From a virus (Duplodnaviria > Caudoviricetes), in the IMG/VR virus record IMGVR_UViG_3300031963_000042, positions 39,209-103,208 of that record: 64,000 bases of DNA. One strand, 5' to 3'. Shown here piece after piece: positions 17,551 to 26,414 of the stretch. A program made the translations under genes and the position numbers. Each line of letters begins with the position of its first letter. Within the stretch, counting starts at the first letter, position 1. The notes below the pieces were generated by a model. The model ran no database searches, was not told where the DNA came from, and saw only the letters and a list, made by a program, of their open reading frames with translations.

Positions 17551-17620
17551 GGGCCAGATTCCGAAGGCAGGAGGCTTCACTTGCAATGAAGCTATTTGGG
17601 TTCGATTCCCACTGTGTCCA
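17551..17620 (+). tRNA. tRNA-Ala(TGC), bulged acceptor stem
   Basis: CTTCA-CTTGCAA-TGAAG; G3:U70; A73. Confidence 0.75.
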
Positions 17621-17628
17621 CACAATAC

Positions 17629-17701
17629 TGGGGTGTATATCAGATGGTAGATTTCTTGGTTTGGGACCAAGAGGCCGCCGGTTCGAGCCCGGCTACCCCA
17701 A
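17629..17701 (+). tRNA. tRNA-Pro(TGG)
   Basis: CTTGG-TTTGGGA-CCAAG. Confidence 0.9.
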
Positions 17702-17711
17702 CAATTTTAAT

Positions 17712-17783
17712 CGGTATATAGTTCAGTGGTAGAACACTTCTCTCATAAGGAAGATGTCATTGGTTCGATTCCATTTATACCGA
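17712..17783 (+). tRNA. tRNA-CAT (Met or lysidine-Ile2)
   Basis: CTTCT-CTCATAA-GGAAG. Confidence 0.88.
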
Positions 17784-17800
17784 CAATAATCCAACAATAT

Positions 17801-17874
17801 TGGCATGTATTTCAGCTGGTTAGAATATCTCTCTGATAAGGAGAAGGTCGCCGGTTCAAGTCCGGCCATGCCAA
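17801..17874 (+). tRNA. tRNA-Ile(GAT)
   Basis: TCTCT-CTGATAA-GGAGA. Confidence 0.9.
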
Positions 17875-17888
17875 CATAAAATTTTTAT

Positions 17889-17959
17889 GGCCTGATGTCA
17901 GAGTGTTTATGTGAACGATTGCAAACCGTTCTAGGTTGGTTAGATTCCAACTCAGGCCT
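17889..17959 (+). tRNA. tRNA-Cys(GCA)
   Basis: AACGA-TTGCAAA-CCGTT; U73; T loop TTAGATT. Confidence 0.85.
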
Positions 17960-17968
17960 CAATTTAAC

Positions 17969-18042
17969 GTGCTCGTGGTGTTAATGGAATAGCATGGTAG
18001 TCTCCAAAACTATTGGTCTTGGTTCGAATCCAAGCGGGTGCG
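17969..18042 (+). tRNA. tRNA-Trp(CCA)
   Basis: GTAGT-CTCCAAA-ACTAT. Confidence 0.9.
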
Positions 18043-18051
18043 CAATTAGAA

Positions 18052-18134
18052 TGGTAGGTAGCCTAGTGGCCTAAGGCAATTGACTGTTAATCAATCGAGG
18101 AAACTCATCGAGGGTTCGAATCCCTCCCTACCAG
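18052..18134 (+). tRNA. tRNA-Asn(GTT) with long variable arm
   Basis: ATTGA-CTGTTAA-TCAAT followed by GAG-GAAA-CTC V-arm hairpin; G73. Confidence 0.88.
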
Positions 18135-18146
18135 CAACAACTACAT

Positions 18147-18231
18147 TCCGATGTCGCATAGCGGTTGATTGCACCTGACTTGTAATCAGGCCCTCTCACG
18201 AGGCACGCCAGTTCGAATCTGGCCATCGGAT
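18147..18231 (+). tRNA. tRNA-Thr(TGT) with long variable arm
   Basis: CCTGA-CTTGTAA-TCAGG followed by CCTC-TCAC-GAGG V-arm hairpin. Confidence 0.85.
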
Positions 18232-18243
18232 CTTAATTAACAT

Positions 18244-18316
18244 GGTCTATTGGTGTTAATGGCTAACATACTGCACTGTCTATGCTGAGCTCTCGGTTCG
18301 AATCCGTGATAGACCG
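18244..18316 (+). tRNA. tRNA-Asp(GTC)
   Basis: CTGCA-CTGTCTA-TGCTG; G73. Confidence 0.85.
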
Positions 18317-18328
18317 CTTAATAATACT

Positions 18329-18399
18329 GCGGATATAGTATAGTGGTATTACACTAGATTGCCAATCTAGTGACGTCAGTTCGATTCTGGTTATCCGCA
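18329..18399 (+). tRNA. tRNA-Gly(GCC)
   Basis: CTAGA-TTGCCAA-TCTAG. Confidence 0.9.
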
Positions 18400-18410
18400 C
18401 ATAATAAATT

Positions 18411-18481
18411 GCGGATATCGTATAGTGGTAATATACTAGTCTTCCAAACTAATGCTGCCAGTTCGATTCTGGCTATCCGCA
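18411..18481 (+). tRNA. tRNA-Gly(TCC)
   Basis: TAGT-CTTCCAA-ACTA; near-duplicate of the upstream Gly gene. Confidence 0.9.
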
Positions 18482-18503
18482 CACAAAAATAATCTAATTA
18501 ACT

Positions 18504-18731
18504 ATGTCTAATATATCAAACAAAGGCCCATATACTAATTTTACAGAGTATTATCCTAATTATCCTCCTAACAATAATTATATACCCTTAGGTTGGCAAT
18601 GTCCGATATGTAAAACAGTTTATTCTCCTAATGTTTTATCATGCCACAAGCATGAAGATATTCAAAAAAATATAACATCATCTAGTACAGATACTGTTAA
18701 GGTAAATGATCATGAAAAACGTATTCTATAA
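18504..18731 (+). CDS. Small zinc-ribbon protein
   Basis: GWQCPICKTVYSP...SCH. Confidence 0.65.
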   Translation: MSNISNKGPYTNFTEYYPNYPPNNNYIPLGWQCPICKTVYSPNVLSCHKHEDIQKNITSSSTDTVKVNDHEKRIL

Positions 18732-18742
18732 TATAATAAATT

Positions 18743-18916
18743 ATGTATTACCTAATACTGTTATTCCCAATACTAATATTTGTTTTGGTTTTAATAGCAA
18801 TATGTTTTTATTTGGCATATTTGTATATAGCATTTACTTTGTTTTTTAATATAATTTTTGGTTTTATTTTTTTTATTTATATTGTTATAAAGCTTTTCTA
18901 TTTGGCAAAAAAGTAA
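18743..18916 (+). CDS. Possible 57-aa highly hydrophobic membrane peptide (not in ORF track)
   Basis: MYYLILLFPILIFVLVLIAICFYLAYLYIAFTLFFNIIFGFIFFIYIVIKLFYLAKK*; may be an artefact of T-richness. Confidence 0.35.
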   Translation: MYYLILLFPILIFVLVLIAICFYLAYLYIAFTLFFNIIFGFIFFIYIVIKLFYLAKK

Positions 18917-18935
18917 TATCTTTGTATCACAAACT

Positions 18936-19019
18936 GGCCCGGTGGTGGAACAGGTAGACACGAGGGACTTAAAATCCCTTGGCCTTGCGGTCGTGCGGGT
19001 TCGATTCCCGTCTGGGCTA
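18936..19019 (+). tRNA. tRNA-Leu(TAA)
   Basis: AGGGA-CTTAAAA-TCCCT; long V arm. Confidence 0.93.
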
Positions 19020-19054
19020 CAATTTTGAGCCTCTTTGATATATTTATTGTTATT

Positions 19055-20242
19055 ATGGACAATAGATTAATCAAAGAGGCTCTTGGCGTTAGGCCTGAGT
19101 TGCTTGAAATTGCCAAGCAACTATATGCGGATATACTCTCAACTTTGAGTATACTTGATCCATCGACTAGTATCTTTTTTTTAGATAAAAAAGCATTTTT
19201 TTTAAACTTAAAAAACAATATTTTTTCTCTAAAAAAACTAAGTATTGGTTTTTCAATTAACCAAATAGGTTATAATCGCCTTGATATAATCAATTTTCAA
19301 ACTCAGATTCCAGGATCATTAGTAAATGATAGAATTATTTACTCCGATGGCTATAATAGTTATATCCTAATAAGGATAAACGCAGCTAGATATATGAGAG
19401 TATATGACCTCATGCATCATTTTAAGGAAGAAAAGGCGTTAATTGTTTCATCGTTATCTCACGAATTAAAACATTTTTTTGACTATTTAATTCAGAAATC
19501 AACTAAAACATCAAATGCTTATAAAGCAGAGGTTTATCGTCAATTATCTAGTGAGGAAAACAGAGTTAGTCAAATTATTAGTAATGGATGGTATCTCACG
19601 TCCATTAACGAACTCATAGTTGCACCAACTCATTTATATGCCGAACTGAGGTCTATGAATGTAACAAAGAAAACATTTTTAGAAGATTTAAAAAATAGTG
19701 ATGTAATAAAAAAATATCAAAATATCGCCAAGGATTTTTATTATGACCAAATTTATAGAAGAATTTTTGTCAGAATATCGGCAAGTATGGGGGATTCAGA
19801 TTTTAAGAATTCTACTTTCGATGAAAGTAAAAAATATGTTGAGGGAGGGATTACAAATCTTAACGAGTTGATTTCATTTGCTACCGAACTAACATTTTAT
19901 GAAGCCAGAAAAAATTTTTACAAATCAATATTAAATCAAATACTTAGCAATAATTCTAAGAATAATTTACCATTAGCTAATTTAACGCAAGAAAATATTG
20001 ACGATCCTAAAGCGTTATTATCATATCATAATATTTCTAAGACTGATTATTATTCAGAACCTGAATTTTCCTTGAAAGATTCCCCAGGCAAAAACAAACT
20101 TTTTTTTACACGTGAAATTAATAAAATAAGAGAGAGAGCAAATAATATTTTAATAAAGTTGTATAAAATATATTCATTATTGCCTGATCGTAAACCCCCT
20201 AATGTTAGCGGGAGTTATAAAAAGAAAATAAAAAATAATTAA
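19055..20242 (+). CDS. HExxH zinc-metalloprotease-like paralog 1
   Basis: LSHELKH, downstream Y.TSI.EL; LIKEALG leader; start moved to ATG 19055. Confidence 0.7.
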   Translation: MDNRLIKEALGVRPELLEIAKQLYADILSTLSILDPSTSIFFLDKKAFFLNLKNNIFSLKKLSIGFSINQIGYNRLDIINFQTQIPGSLVNDRIIYSDGYNSYILIRINAARYMRVYDLMHHFKEEKALIVSSLSHELKHFFDYLIQKSTKTSNAYKAEVYRQLSSEENRVSQIISNGWYLTSINELIVAPTHLYAELRSMNVTKKTFLEDLKNSDVIKKYQNIAKDFYYDQIYRRIFVRISASMGDSDFKNSTFDESKKYVEGGITNLNELISFATELTFYEARKNFYKSILNQILSNNSKNNLPLANLTQENIDDPKALLSYHNISKTDYYSEPEFSLKDSPGKNKLFFTREINKIRERANNILIKLYKIYSLLPDRKPPNVSGSYKKKIKNN

Positions 20243-20271
20243 TTATATAGTGACTAAGATATTTATTCTTT

Positions 20272-21447
20272 ATGAAGAATAAATTAATCAAAGAGGCTCT
20301 TGGCGTTAGGCCTGAATTATTTAAATTAGCACAGATCGTTTATACGGAAGTGCTCTCTTATTTGAGAGCTAATAAAGATATACTGATAGGTAAGAATCCG
20401 GAACATTCAATCAATGTTAAAATTGGTAATTTTCCTTTGATGTTAGCTTTTAAAGATAAAGCAGAATTCATTTTAGATTATATTAAAGAAATTGAAGTCG
20501 AACTTAGGTTCATCTATACTAAAGATGAGAGCCCTGAAATAAAAACCGCAGCATTTAGTATTCCGTATGTTAGTGTACGTGATTATTATATTTCTAAACA
20601 TAAGGCTAAGCCTGTTATTGAATTTAGAGTAACAGGTAAAAAAAATATAAAATTTTCACAGATAGCAGATTTTTTAGTTGAAAAAGAGCCTAAAATAATT
20701 ACTCTATTAGCCCACGAGCTAAAGCATATGTATGATGCTTTAATTGGTCATAAAAGATATCCTGCCAATGATGTAAGTTATGCTGCTAGTGTTAAACCAG
20801 TATTTAATAAAGACATTATTGAATATGGTAAAAAAATAGCTGAAGCTGCGTATTACACAAGTATCGTAGAGTTACACATTAGAGCTACTGAGATTTATGC
20901 TTATTTAATGTCAAGATCAATCACTAAAAAAGAATTTTTAAATGAATTAAGCGAATTATCAATCATATTGAGATATAAAGGGTATATAAAAACTTTTGAT
21001 TATGATTTATTCATTGCTCAAATCTTTCAAGATTTGGCAAAATCTAACAATAATAGATCTTTATATCATATGACCGAAAAAGTATTTAACGTTAAAAATC
21101 CTAGCATAGATACAGTGAAATATGTTGGAGTTGAATACATATTATATTTAATTCGGAAAGATTACTTTAAAAATGTGTCAAATATTAGTAAAAATATATT
21201 TCCTTTTTATAATTTTATTTCTTTCTGGAAAAAATTTGGCTTTTTTAAAAAAGAGCAAAATGTCAATCCTAAAGATATTATTAATAAATTAAGTGTTGGC
21301 AATTATTATAACGAACCTAAATTTACTAAAGAAAGTATAAAGAGAAACAGTTTTTTTTTCAAAAAAATGTTTAAAACGATAAGATACAGATCTCATAATA
21401 TTTTAAGAAAATTGTATAAAGTTTACTCATTATTACCTGACAGGTAA
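20272..21447 (+). CDS. HExxH zinc-metalloprotease-like paralog 2
   Basis: LAHELKH; shared N- and C-terminal motifs. Confidence 0.7.
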   Translation: MKNKLIKEALGVRPELFKLAQIVYTEVLSYLRANKDILIGKNPEHSINVKIGNFPLMLAFKDKAEFILDYIKEIEVELRFIYTKDESPEIKTAAFSIPYVSVRDYYISKHKAKPVIEFRVTGKKNIKFSQIADFLVEKEPKIITLLAHELKHMYDALIGHKRYPANDVSYAASVKPVFNKDIIEYGKKIAEAAYYTSIVELHIRATEIYAYLMSRSITKKEFLNELSELSIILRYKGYIKTFDYDLFIAQIFQDLAKSNNNRSLYHMTEKVFNVKNPSIDTVKYVGVEYILYLIRKDYFKNVSNISKNIFPFYNFISFWKKFGFFKKEQNVNPKDIINKLSVGNYYNEPKFTKESIKRNSFFFKKMFKTIRYRSHNILRKLYKVYSLLPDR

Positions 21448-21513
21448 CAGCCTTTTTATAGCTTCCGCTATAAAAAAAAGGTGATTTTTAATTATATAGC
21501 ATATTTATTTGTT

Positions 21514-22713
21514 ATGAAAAACAAATTAATCAAAGAGGCTCTAGGCGTTAGAGAAGAATTGTTTAATGCCGCAAAATTAATTTATTCTGAAATAATTCAG
21601 AAATTAAACCTAATTGGCTTACATAAAAATGTAACCGAATTAGAAAATTCGGTATTAAGATTAGATTTAAAATCTAATATTAATTATCTACAAAAAATAG
21701 ATGTTTATTTTGATATAAAATATCATGATAAAGATACTATAGATATCATTGGTCTTGTTGCTCGAATGTCGACATCACTTAAAAATGATAGAGTTCACTA
21801 TTCAACTAGTGATACAGCAAATTTAGTAATAGAATTAGAGTCTAATCGCAGCAAAGAAATTGATGATGTTGTCAAAAATTTACAAACCAATTCAAATTTA
21901 TATGTACCATCAATAGCTCACGAATTAAAACATTTTTTTGATAATACAACTGAAAGATCAAATAATCTTAAAAGACGATTAAAATATAAAGCTTATCTTG
22001 ATTTAAGTAATAACTCTAACACAATTACTCAAATTGTTGCTGATGCTTGGTATCGTACATCTATTGATGAATTGTTAGTAATTCCAACCGAAATATATTC
22101 AGAATTAAAGTATATGAATATAACAAAAAAAAATTTTTTAGATGCATTAAAAAATTCTAAATATATTGTTATATATAAAGACTATATCGATAATCTTTAC
22201 TACGATAAAATATATAACACAACACTTAAACAAGTCCTGGAATCTTTTGAAGAAGACCCACAGACTAAATATCAAGTGTTTGAGCGTAGCAAAAAATATG
22301 TAGATCAAGGGATATCTAATAACTATACTTTAGCCTTATTTTTAACAGAACTCTTATTCTATAGAACCAGAGCTTCGTTTTATGATGAAATACGAAATGG
22401 AATAATTAGAAAGTATGAGCCGTTAGATCCTATACGTGATATTGCGTTTATGCTTGGGATGATCTCAAGAAGAGATATTACTGACCCTAAAGCATTATTA
22501 CTATATAATAAGATGTCCAAAAATAATTATTACGCTGAACCAGAGTTTTCGTTTAAAGATTCACCAACGAGAAATGAGATATTTTTTGAACGTGAATTTA
22601 AAAAAATAAGGCGTAAATCGGCTAATATTCTAAAAAAGATATATAAAATATACTCATTGCTACCTAATAGGATCCCACCTCGTGTTAGTGGAAGTTATAA
22701 AAAAAAGGGTTAA
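21514..22713 (+). CDS. HExxH zinc-metalloprotease-like paralog 3
   Basis: IAHELKH; start moved to ATG 21514. Confidence 0.7.
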   Translation: MKNKLIKEALGVREELFNAAKLIYSEIIQKLNLIGLHKNVTELENSVLRLDLKSNINYLQKIDVYFDIKYHDKDTIDIIGLVARMSTSLKNDRVHYSTSDTANLVIELESNRSKEIDDVVKNLQTNSNLYVPSIAHELKHFFDNTTERSNNLKRRLKYKAYLDLSNNSNTITQIVADAWYRTSIDELLVIPTEIYSELKYMNITKKNFLDALKNSKYIVIYKDYIDNLYYDKIYNTTLKQVLESFEEDPQTKYQVFERSKKYVDQGISNNYTLALFLTELLFYRTRASFYDEIRNGIIRKYEPLDPIRDIAFMLGMISRRDITDPKALLLYNKMSKNNYYAEPEFSFKDSPTRNEIFFEREFKKIRRKSANILKKIYKIYSLLPNRIPPRVSGSYKKKG

Positions 22714-22772
22714 ATAATATGTAAACACATTTGATTGTCTGGAATAAAGATCTTACCTTTGTAGTGCAAAAC

Positions 22773-22854
22773 AGCCGGGTGGTGAAATTGGTAGACACGA
22801 AAGACTTAGAATCTTTTGGCTTATGTCATGCGGGTTCGATTCCCGTCCCGGCTA
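22773..22854 (+). tRNA. tRNA-Leu(TAG)
   Basis: AAAGA-CTTAGAA-TCTTT. Confidence 0.92.
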
Positions 22855-22863
22855 CACATACAA

Positions 22864-22937
22864 TGGCCCGTAGCTCAGCAGGTTAGAGCGTCTGACTCAT
22901 AATCAGAGGGTCGCAGGTTCAAATCCTGTCGGGCCAA
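22864..22937 (+). tRNA. tRNA-CAT (elongator Met or Ile2)
   Basis: TCTGA-CTCATAA-TCAGA; lacks the three G:C initiator pairs. Confidence 0.92.
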
Positions 22938-22987
22938 CTATAATAAATTGACTTTTCAATATATTTATTAGTTATTATATAAATGAT

Positions 22988-23716
22988 ATGAAAAGACGTT
23001 TATTTGAAAGTATTAATTTAGTTCTAAAGGAAGAAGTGTCATATCAAGACGCTATTAACACGTTTAAAAAGTATTCTGGCCGTGATGATATTGGTACGTT
23101 ACCATATGAAGATTTACGAAAAATTTATAGGGCTTTAGCTATTAAACACCATCCAGATAAAGGCGGAGATCGCCGAATATTTGCTGAAATAGCAAATGCT
23201 TATGATGTAATATTAAAAAATAAAAGTTCTAGTGGTTCTAGTGGTTATGAGACTGATGACTTCATTTCTAAAATGAAAGAAAAGCTTCGCAAAGAAAGAG
23301 AAGCTGCATATATAAGATTTCAAGAAGAAAAAGCACGCCAGGAAGCAGAAAGAAGAAAAAGGGAGGCTCAAGATAAAAAATATGAACAATCTAAAGGTAA
23401 TACAAAAACAAAGTACGGCCAAGAATTATTCGAGGAATTTCAATACAAATATCATAAAGGGTTTAAATTAAACGAGTCATTTTTAGATAGGATTATAAAT
23501 TTCTTCAATTTAAGAGGTTATGATCGAGCAGACCATGAAGCATATAACATGTTTAGGGATAATGTAAGGCGGGCTAGAGTATATTTTAAAAAGAGGTATA
23601 AAGGATATGAAGGGTTGACTGAAGATCTTATGCGAGAATATATTGATTGGTTTGATAACTATTACATGAACAACCTTAAAAACTGGAAAGAGTACTTTAA
23701 AAATAAATACAGATAA
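22988..23716 (+). CDS. J-domain protein (DnaK co-chaperone-like)
   Basis: LRKIYRALAIKHHPDKGGD...FAEIANAYDVI, then coiled coil. Confidence 0.88.
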   Translation: MKRRLFESINLVLKEEVSYQDAINTFKKYSGRDDIGTLPYEDLRKIYRALAIKHHPDKGGDRRIFAEIANAYDVILKNKSSSGSSGYETDDFISKMKEKLRKEREAAYIRFQEEKARQEAERRKREAQDKKYEQSKGNTKTKYGQELFEEFQYKYHKGFKLNESFLDRIINFFNLRGYDRADHEAYNMFRDNVRRARVYFKKRYKGYEGLTEDLMREYIDWFDNYYMNNLKNWKEYFKNKYR

Positions 23717-23761
23717 CTTCATTGATTTATTTATAAATAAATTATATGTTTTATATATAAT

Positions 23762-23840
23762 GGGTGTGCATTGGAGATCCTTGCCGGACTGTAAATTCGG
23801 TGCTTAAACGCTTAGTCGAGTTCGAATCTCACCACTCCCA
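23762..23840 (+). tRNA. tRNA-Tyr(GTA) with degenerate D arm
   Basis: CCGGA-CTGTAAA-TTCGG; GAGTTCGAATCTC; D region short and largely unpaired. Confidence 0.7.
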
Positions 23841-23860
23841 CAAAAATTTAACCTTAATAT

Positions 23861-23941
23861 GGTGGGGTACCATTGGATGCTTATATCATCTATACATGTA
23901 GCGGTAAGTTGAAAACGTGGGTTCGAATCCCTCCCCCACTA
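23861..23941 (+). ncRNA. Rearranged tRNA-like RNA with UAU anticodon loop
   Basis: GGTGGGG/CCCCACT-A acceptor, GGG-TTCGAAT-CCC T arm, GGATG-CTTATAT-CATCT arm nested in TACC/GGTA. Confidence 0.65.
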
Positions 23942-23943
23942 CA

Positions 23944-23977
23944 ATCAAAAGCCAGAATTTACATTCTGGCTTTTTTT
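23944..23977. repeat. Hairpin repeat copy 1 (terminator), left border of the sugar cassette
   Basis: ATCAAAAGCCAGAAT-TTAC-ATTCTGGCTTTTTTT. Confidence 0.9.
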
Positions 23978-24024
23978 TATTTTTAACTTTAAAAGTTACT
24001 GATAAATAGTTATTTTTATTACAT

Positions 24025-24462
24025 ATGAATAAAAATGATAAAAAAATTTCTTTAGGTGAAAATGTATCTATTGTAGAACCATGTAATTTATATGGCTGTG
24101 AGATAGGTAATAACGTAAAAATAGGCCCATTTGTTGAGATCCAAGCAGATTCTATTGTAGGAGAAAACACAACAATAAGTTCTCATAGTTTTATATGTTC
24201 AGGTGTAAAAATCGGTAGTGGAACATTTATAGGTCATGGAGTAATGTTTATAAATGACAAATTTGATTCCGACTCAATAAAAAATTGGAAGATGATGGAA
24301 ACTGTTGTTGGTGATAGAGTTAGGATAGGTAGTAACGCAACTATTCTCCCAGTTAATATAGGTGATGATAGTATCATTGGTGCCGGTGCTGTTGTAACAA
24401 AAGACGTACCATCTAGGCATGTTGCCTATGGAAATCCAGCTAAATGTTACCCTTTGAGTTAA
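24025..24462 (+). CDS. Hexapeptide-repeat sugar N-acetyltransferase (WbpD/WlbB-like)
   Basis: Left-handed beta-helix repeats, FIND, IGAGAVVTKDV...YGNPAK. Confidence 0.9.
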   Translation: MNKNDKKISLGENVSIVEPCNLYGCEIGNNVKIGPFVEIQADSIVGENTTISSHSFICSGVKIGSGTFIGHGVMFINDKFDSDSIKNWKMMETVVGDRVRIGSNATILPVNIGDDSIIGAGAVVTKDVPSRHVAYGNPAKCYPLS

Positions 24463-24477
24463 AATTTAATAATAGAA

Positions 24478-25314
24478 ATGAAAATATGTATAATAGGTAA
24501 CGGATATTGGGGGAAGATAATAGAAAAAAATCTTTATAATCTAGGATATAGTGAGATTAAAATAATAGACAAAGTTCTGAATAATTATCATGAACTTACG
24601 GATGAATTCGATTATTATTTTATCGCCACACCATTCTCTACGCATAAAAGTATCTTAAATGATCTTTCTAATTTTTCAGAAAAAAGAATTTGGTCGGAAA
24701 AACCATTAGTCGAGTCTTTAGATTCAGCAAAGACAATATACGCGCAGCTTGAAGAGAATGGTAATATGTTATTTGTTGATTGGACATATACGTTTAACCC
24801 ATGTATTTTTTATCTTAGAGATGAATTATCAGATAAAAAAATTAAGCAAATAGTCCTTAATAGAACTAATAGCGGGCCTATCCGAGAAGATACATCATCT
24901 ATTTTTGATCTTTCATCACATGACTTGTCAATTATTTATTTCATTTTTGGAAACGACATATTAGATTTTTCATGGAATGAATTTTCACTAAGTAAAAATA
25001 AAAATACTGGATCTAATTTGAGCTGGGCCTACAGTAATGGAATGCAAATAATAATAAATTCGAGTTGGGAGCATGACGCCAAAAATAGAGTATCTTTTAT
25101 TGTGACAAAAGACAATGGTATTATTATTTTTGATGACGAGAAAAAAATAATTATTGATGAAGCAGGTAGACAACTAGATTTTTCTAGGCATGAAAGTCCT
25201 CTTAATTCGGCAATTAAATTTTTTTTTGAATCTGAAAATTTTGAAAACAATAAAAAGTTGACCCTTGCTATAACAAAAACACTAGACAATGCAAGGCATA
25301 AATATGAAATATGA
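24478..25314 (+). CDS. Gfo/Idh/MocA oxidoreductase (WbpB/WlbA-like)
   Basis: IIGNGYWG Rossmann motif, ATP..H, EKP, DLSSHD. Confidence 0.88.
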   Translation: MKICIIGNGYWGKIIEKNLYNLGYSEIKIIDKVLNNYHELTDEFDYYFIATPFSTHKSILNDLSNFSEKRIWSEKPLVESLDSAKTIYAQLEENGNMLFVDWTYTFNPCIFYLRDELSDKKIKQIVLNRTNSGPIREDTSSIFDLSSHDLSIIYFIFGNDILDFSWNEFSLSKNKNTGSNLSWAYSNGMQIIINSSWEHDAKNRVSFIVTKDNGIIIFDDEKKIIIDEAGRQLDFSRHESPLNSAIKFFFESENFENNKKLTLAITKTLDNARHKYEI

Positions 25315-26414
25315 TAAAATTTAATGACTTAGGGAAACAATGGGAATGCATCAGAAAAAAATCTTTAGATGAAATAGACATTCTCGGTTACAACGGAGAT
25401 TATATAGGTGGATCTCGATTAGAAAATTTTGAGGCACAATTTGCTAATTACGTTGGCTGTCGATATGGCGTAGGAGTGTCTAATGGTACAGATGCTTTGA
25501 AGTTAGCTTTACAGTGCTTTGAGCCTAATAGTGACGATACCGTGATAATCCCTGCCAACACATTCATTGCTGATTATTTAGCAGTAAAACATTTACCAAC
25601 AAATAAAAAACCTAAGGTTGTTCTAATAGATCATGACGAAAAATTCGTTATTAACGTTGAACATTTAGAATCATGGCTTAAAAATAATGATTCTAAAGGT
25701 AGAATTTTTGTTATTGCCGTGCATTTGTATGGCCATTCTTGCGATATGGGTAAAATCATGTCACTTAAAAAAGATTATGGCTTCTATTTAATTGAAGATT
25801 GTTCTCAATCTCACGGTACTAAGTACAATAAAAAAATGACGGGTTCTTTTGGTGATGTATCAGTTTTCTCGTTATACCCTGGCAAAAATTTAGGGGCTGT
25901 TGGTGATGCCGGAATATTAACAACAGATTCTGAGGATATATCAGAAAAACTAAAATGTATTAGGAATTATGGGTCTAGAAAAAAGTATGAGTACGATTTG
26001 GTTGGGCACAATAATAGACTTGATTCGTTACAATGTATTTTCCTATCTGAAAAATTAAAATTGTTAGATTCCTGGAATTCAAAAAAAATAGCAATAGCTA
26101 ATGAATATATTAGCAGAATGAATGTTAAAACGCCTATAATTAGTCAAGAATGTGATCATAGTTTTCATATTTTTTGTCTAGTTATAGAAAATAGAGATTA
26201 TTTCATAAATAATCTAAATTCAAATGGAATTCCAACTATAATACATTATCCTATCCCTATTCATAAAACAGCCATATGGGATAGCTCTGATGTAGTATTT
26301 TCAGATGAAAATACCGTATATAATGCGTCTAAAATTGTTTCAATTCCAATTCATCCGTTTTTAACTGATGATGAAGTTGATTTAATAATAAAAACAGTAA
26401 ATAATTCAATATGA
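25311..26414 (+). CDS. DegT/DnrJ/EryC1/StrS aminotransferase
   Basis: GVSNGTDAL, VHLYG, IEDCSQSHG, SLYPGKNLGAVGDAG (PLP Lys). Confidence 0.95.
   Translation: MIKFNDLGKQWECIRKKSLDEIDILGYNGDYIGGSRLENFEAQFANYVGCRYGVGVSNGTDALKLALQCFEPNSDDTVIIPANTFIADYLAVKHLPTNKKPKVVLIDHDEKFVINVEHLESWLKNNDSKGRIFVIAVHLYGHSCDMGKIMSLKKDYGFYLIEDCSQSHGTKYNKKMTGSFGDVSVFSLYPGKNLGAVGDAGILTTDSEDISEKLKCIRNYGSRKKYEYDLVGHNNRLDSLQCIFLSEKLKLLDSWNSKKIAIANEYISRMNVKTPIISQECDHSFHIFCLVIENRDYFINNLNSNGIPTIIHYPIPIHKTAIWDSSDVVFSDENTVYNASKIVSIPIHPFLTDDEVDLIIKTVNNSI

Noticed and set aside
17514-17732. 72-aa ORF (also 18898-19218 minus, 23886-24170 minus, and the 5' part of 15016)
   Set aside because: Overlaps tRNA or tRNA-like genes; shadow ORFs
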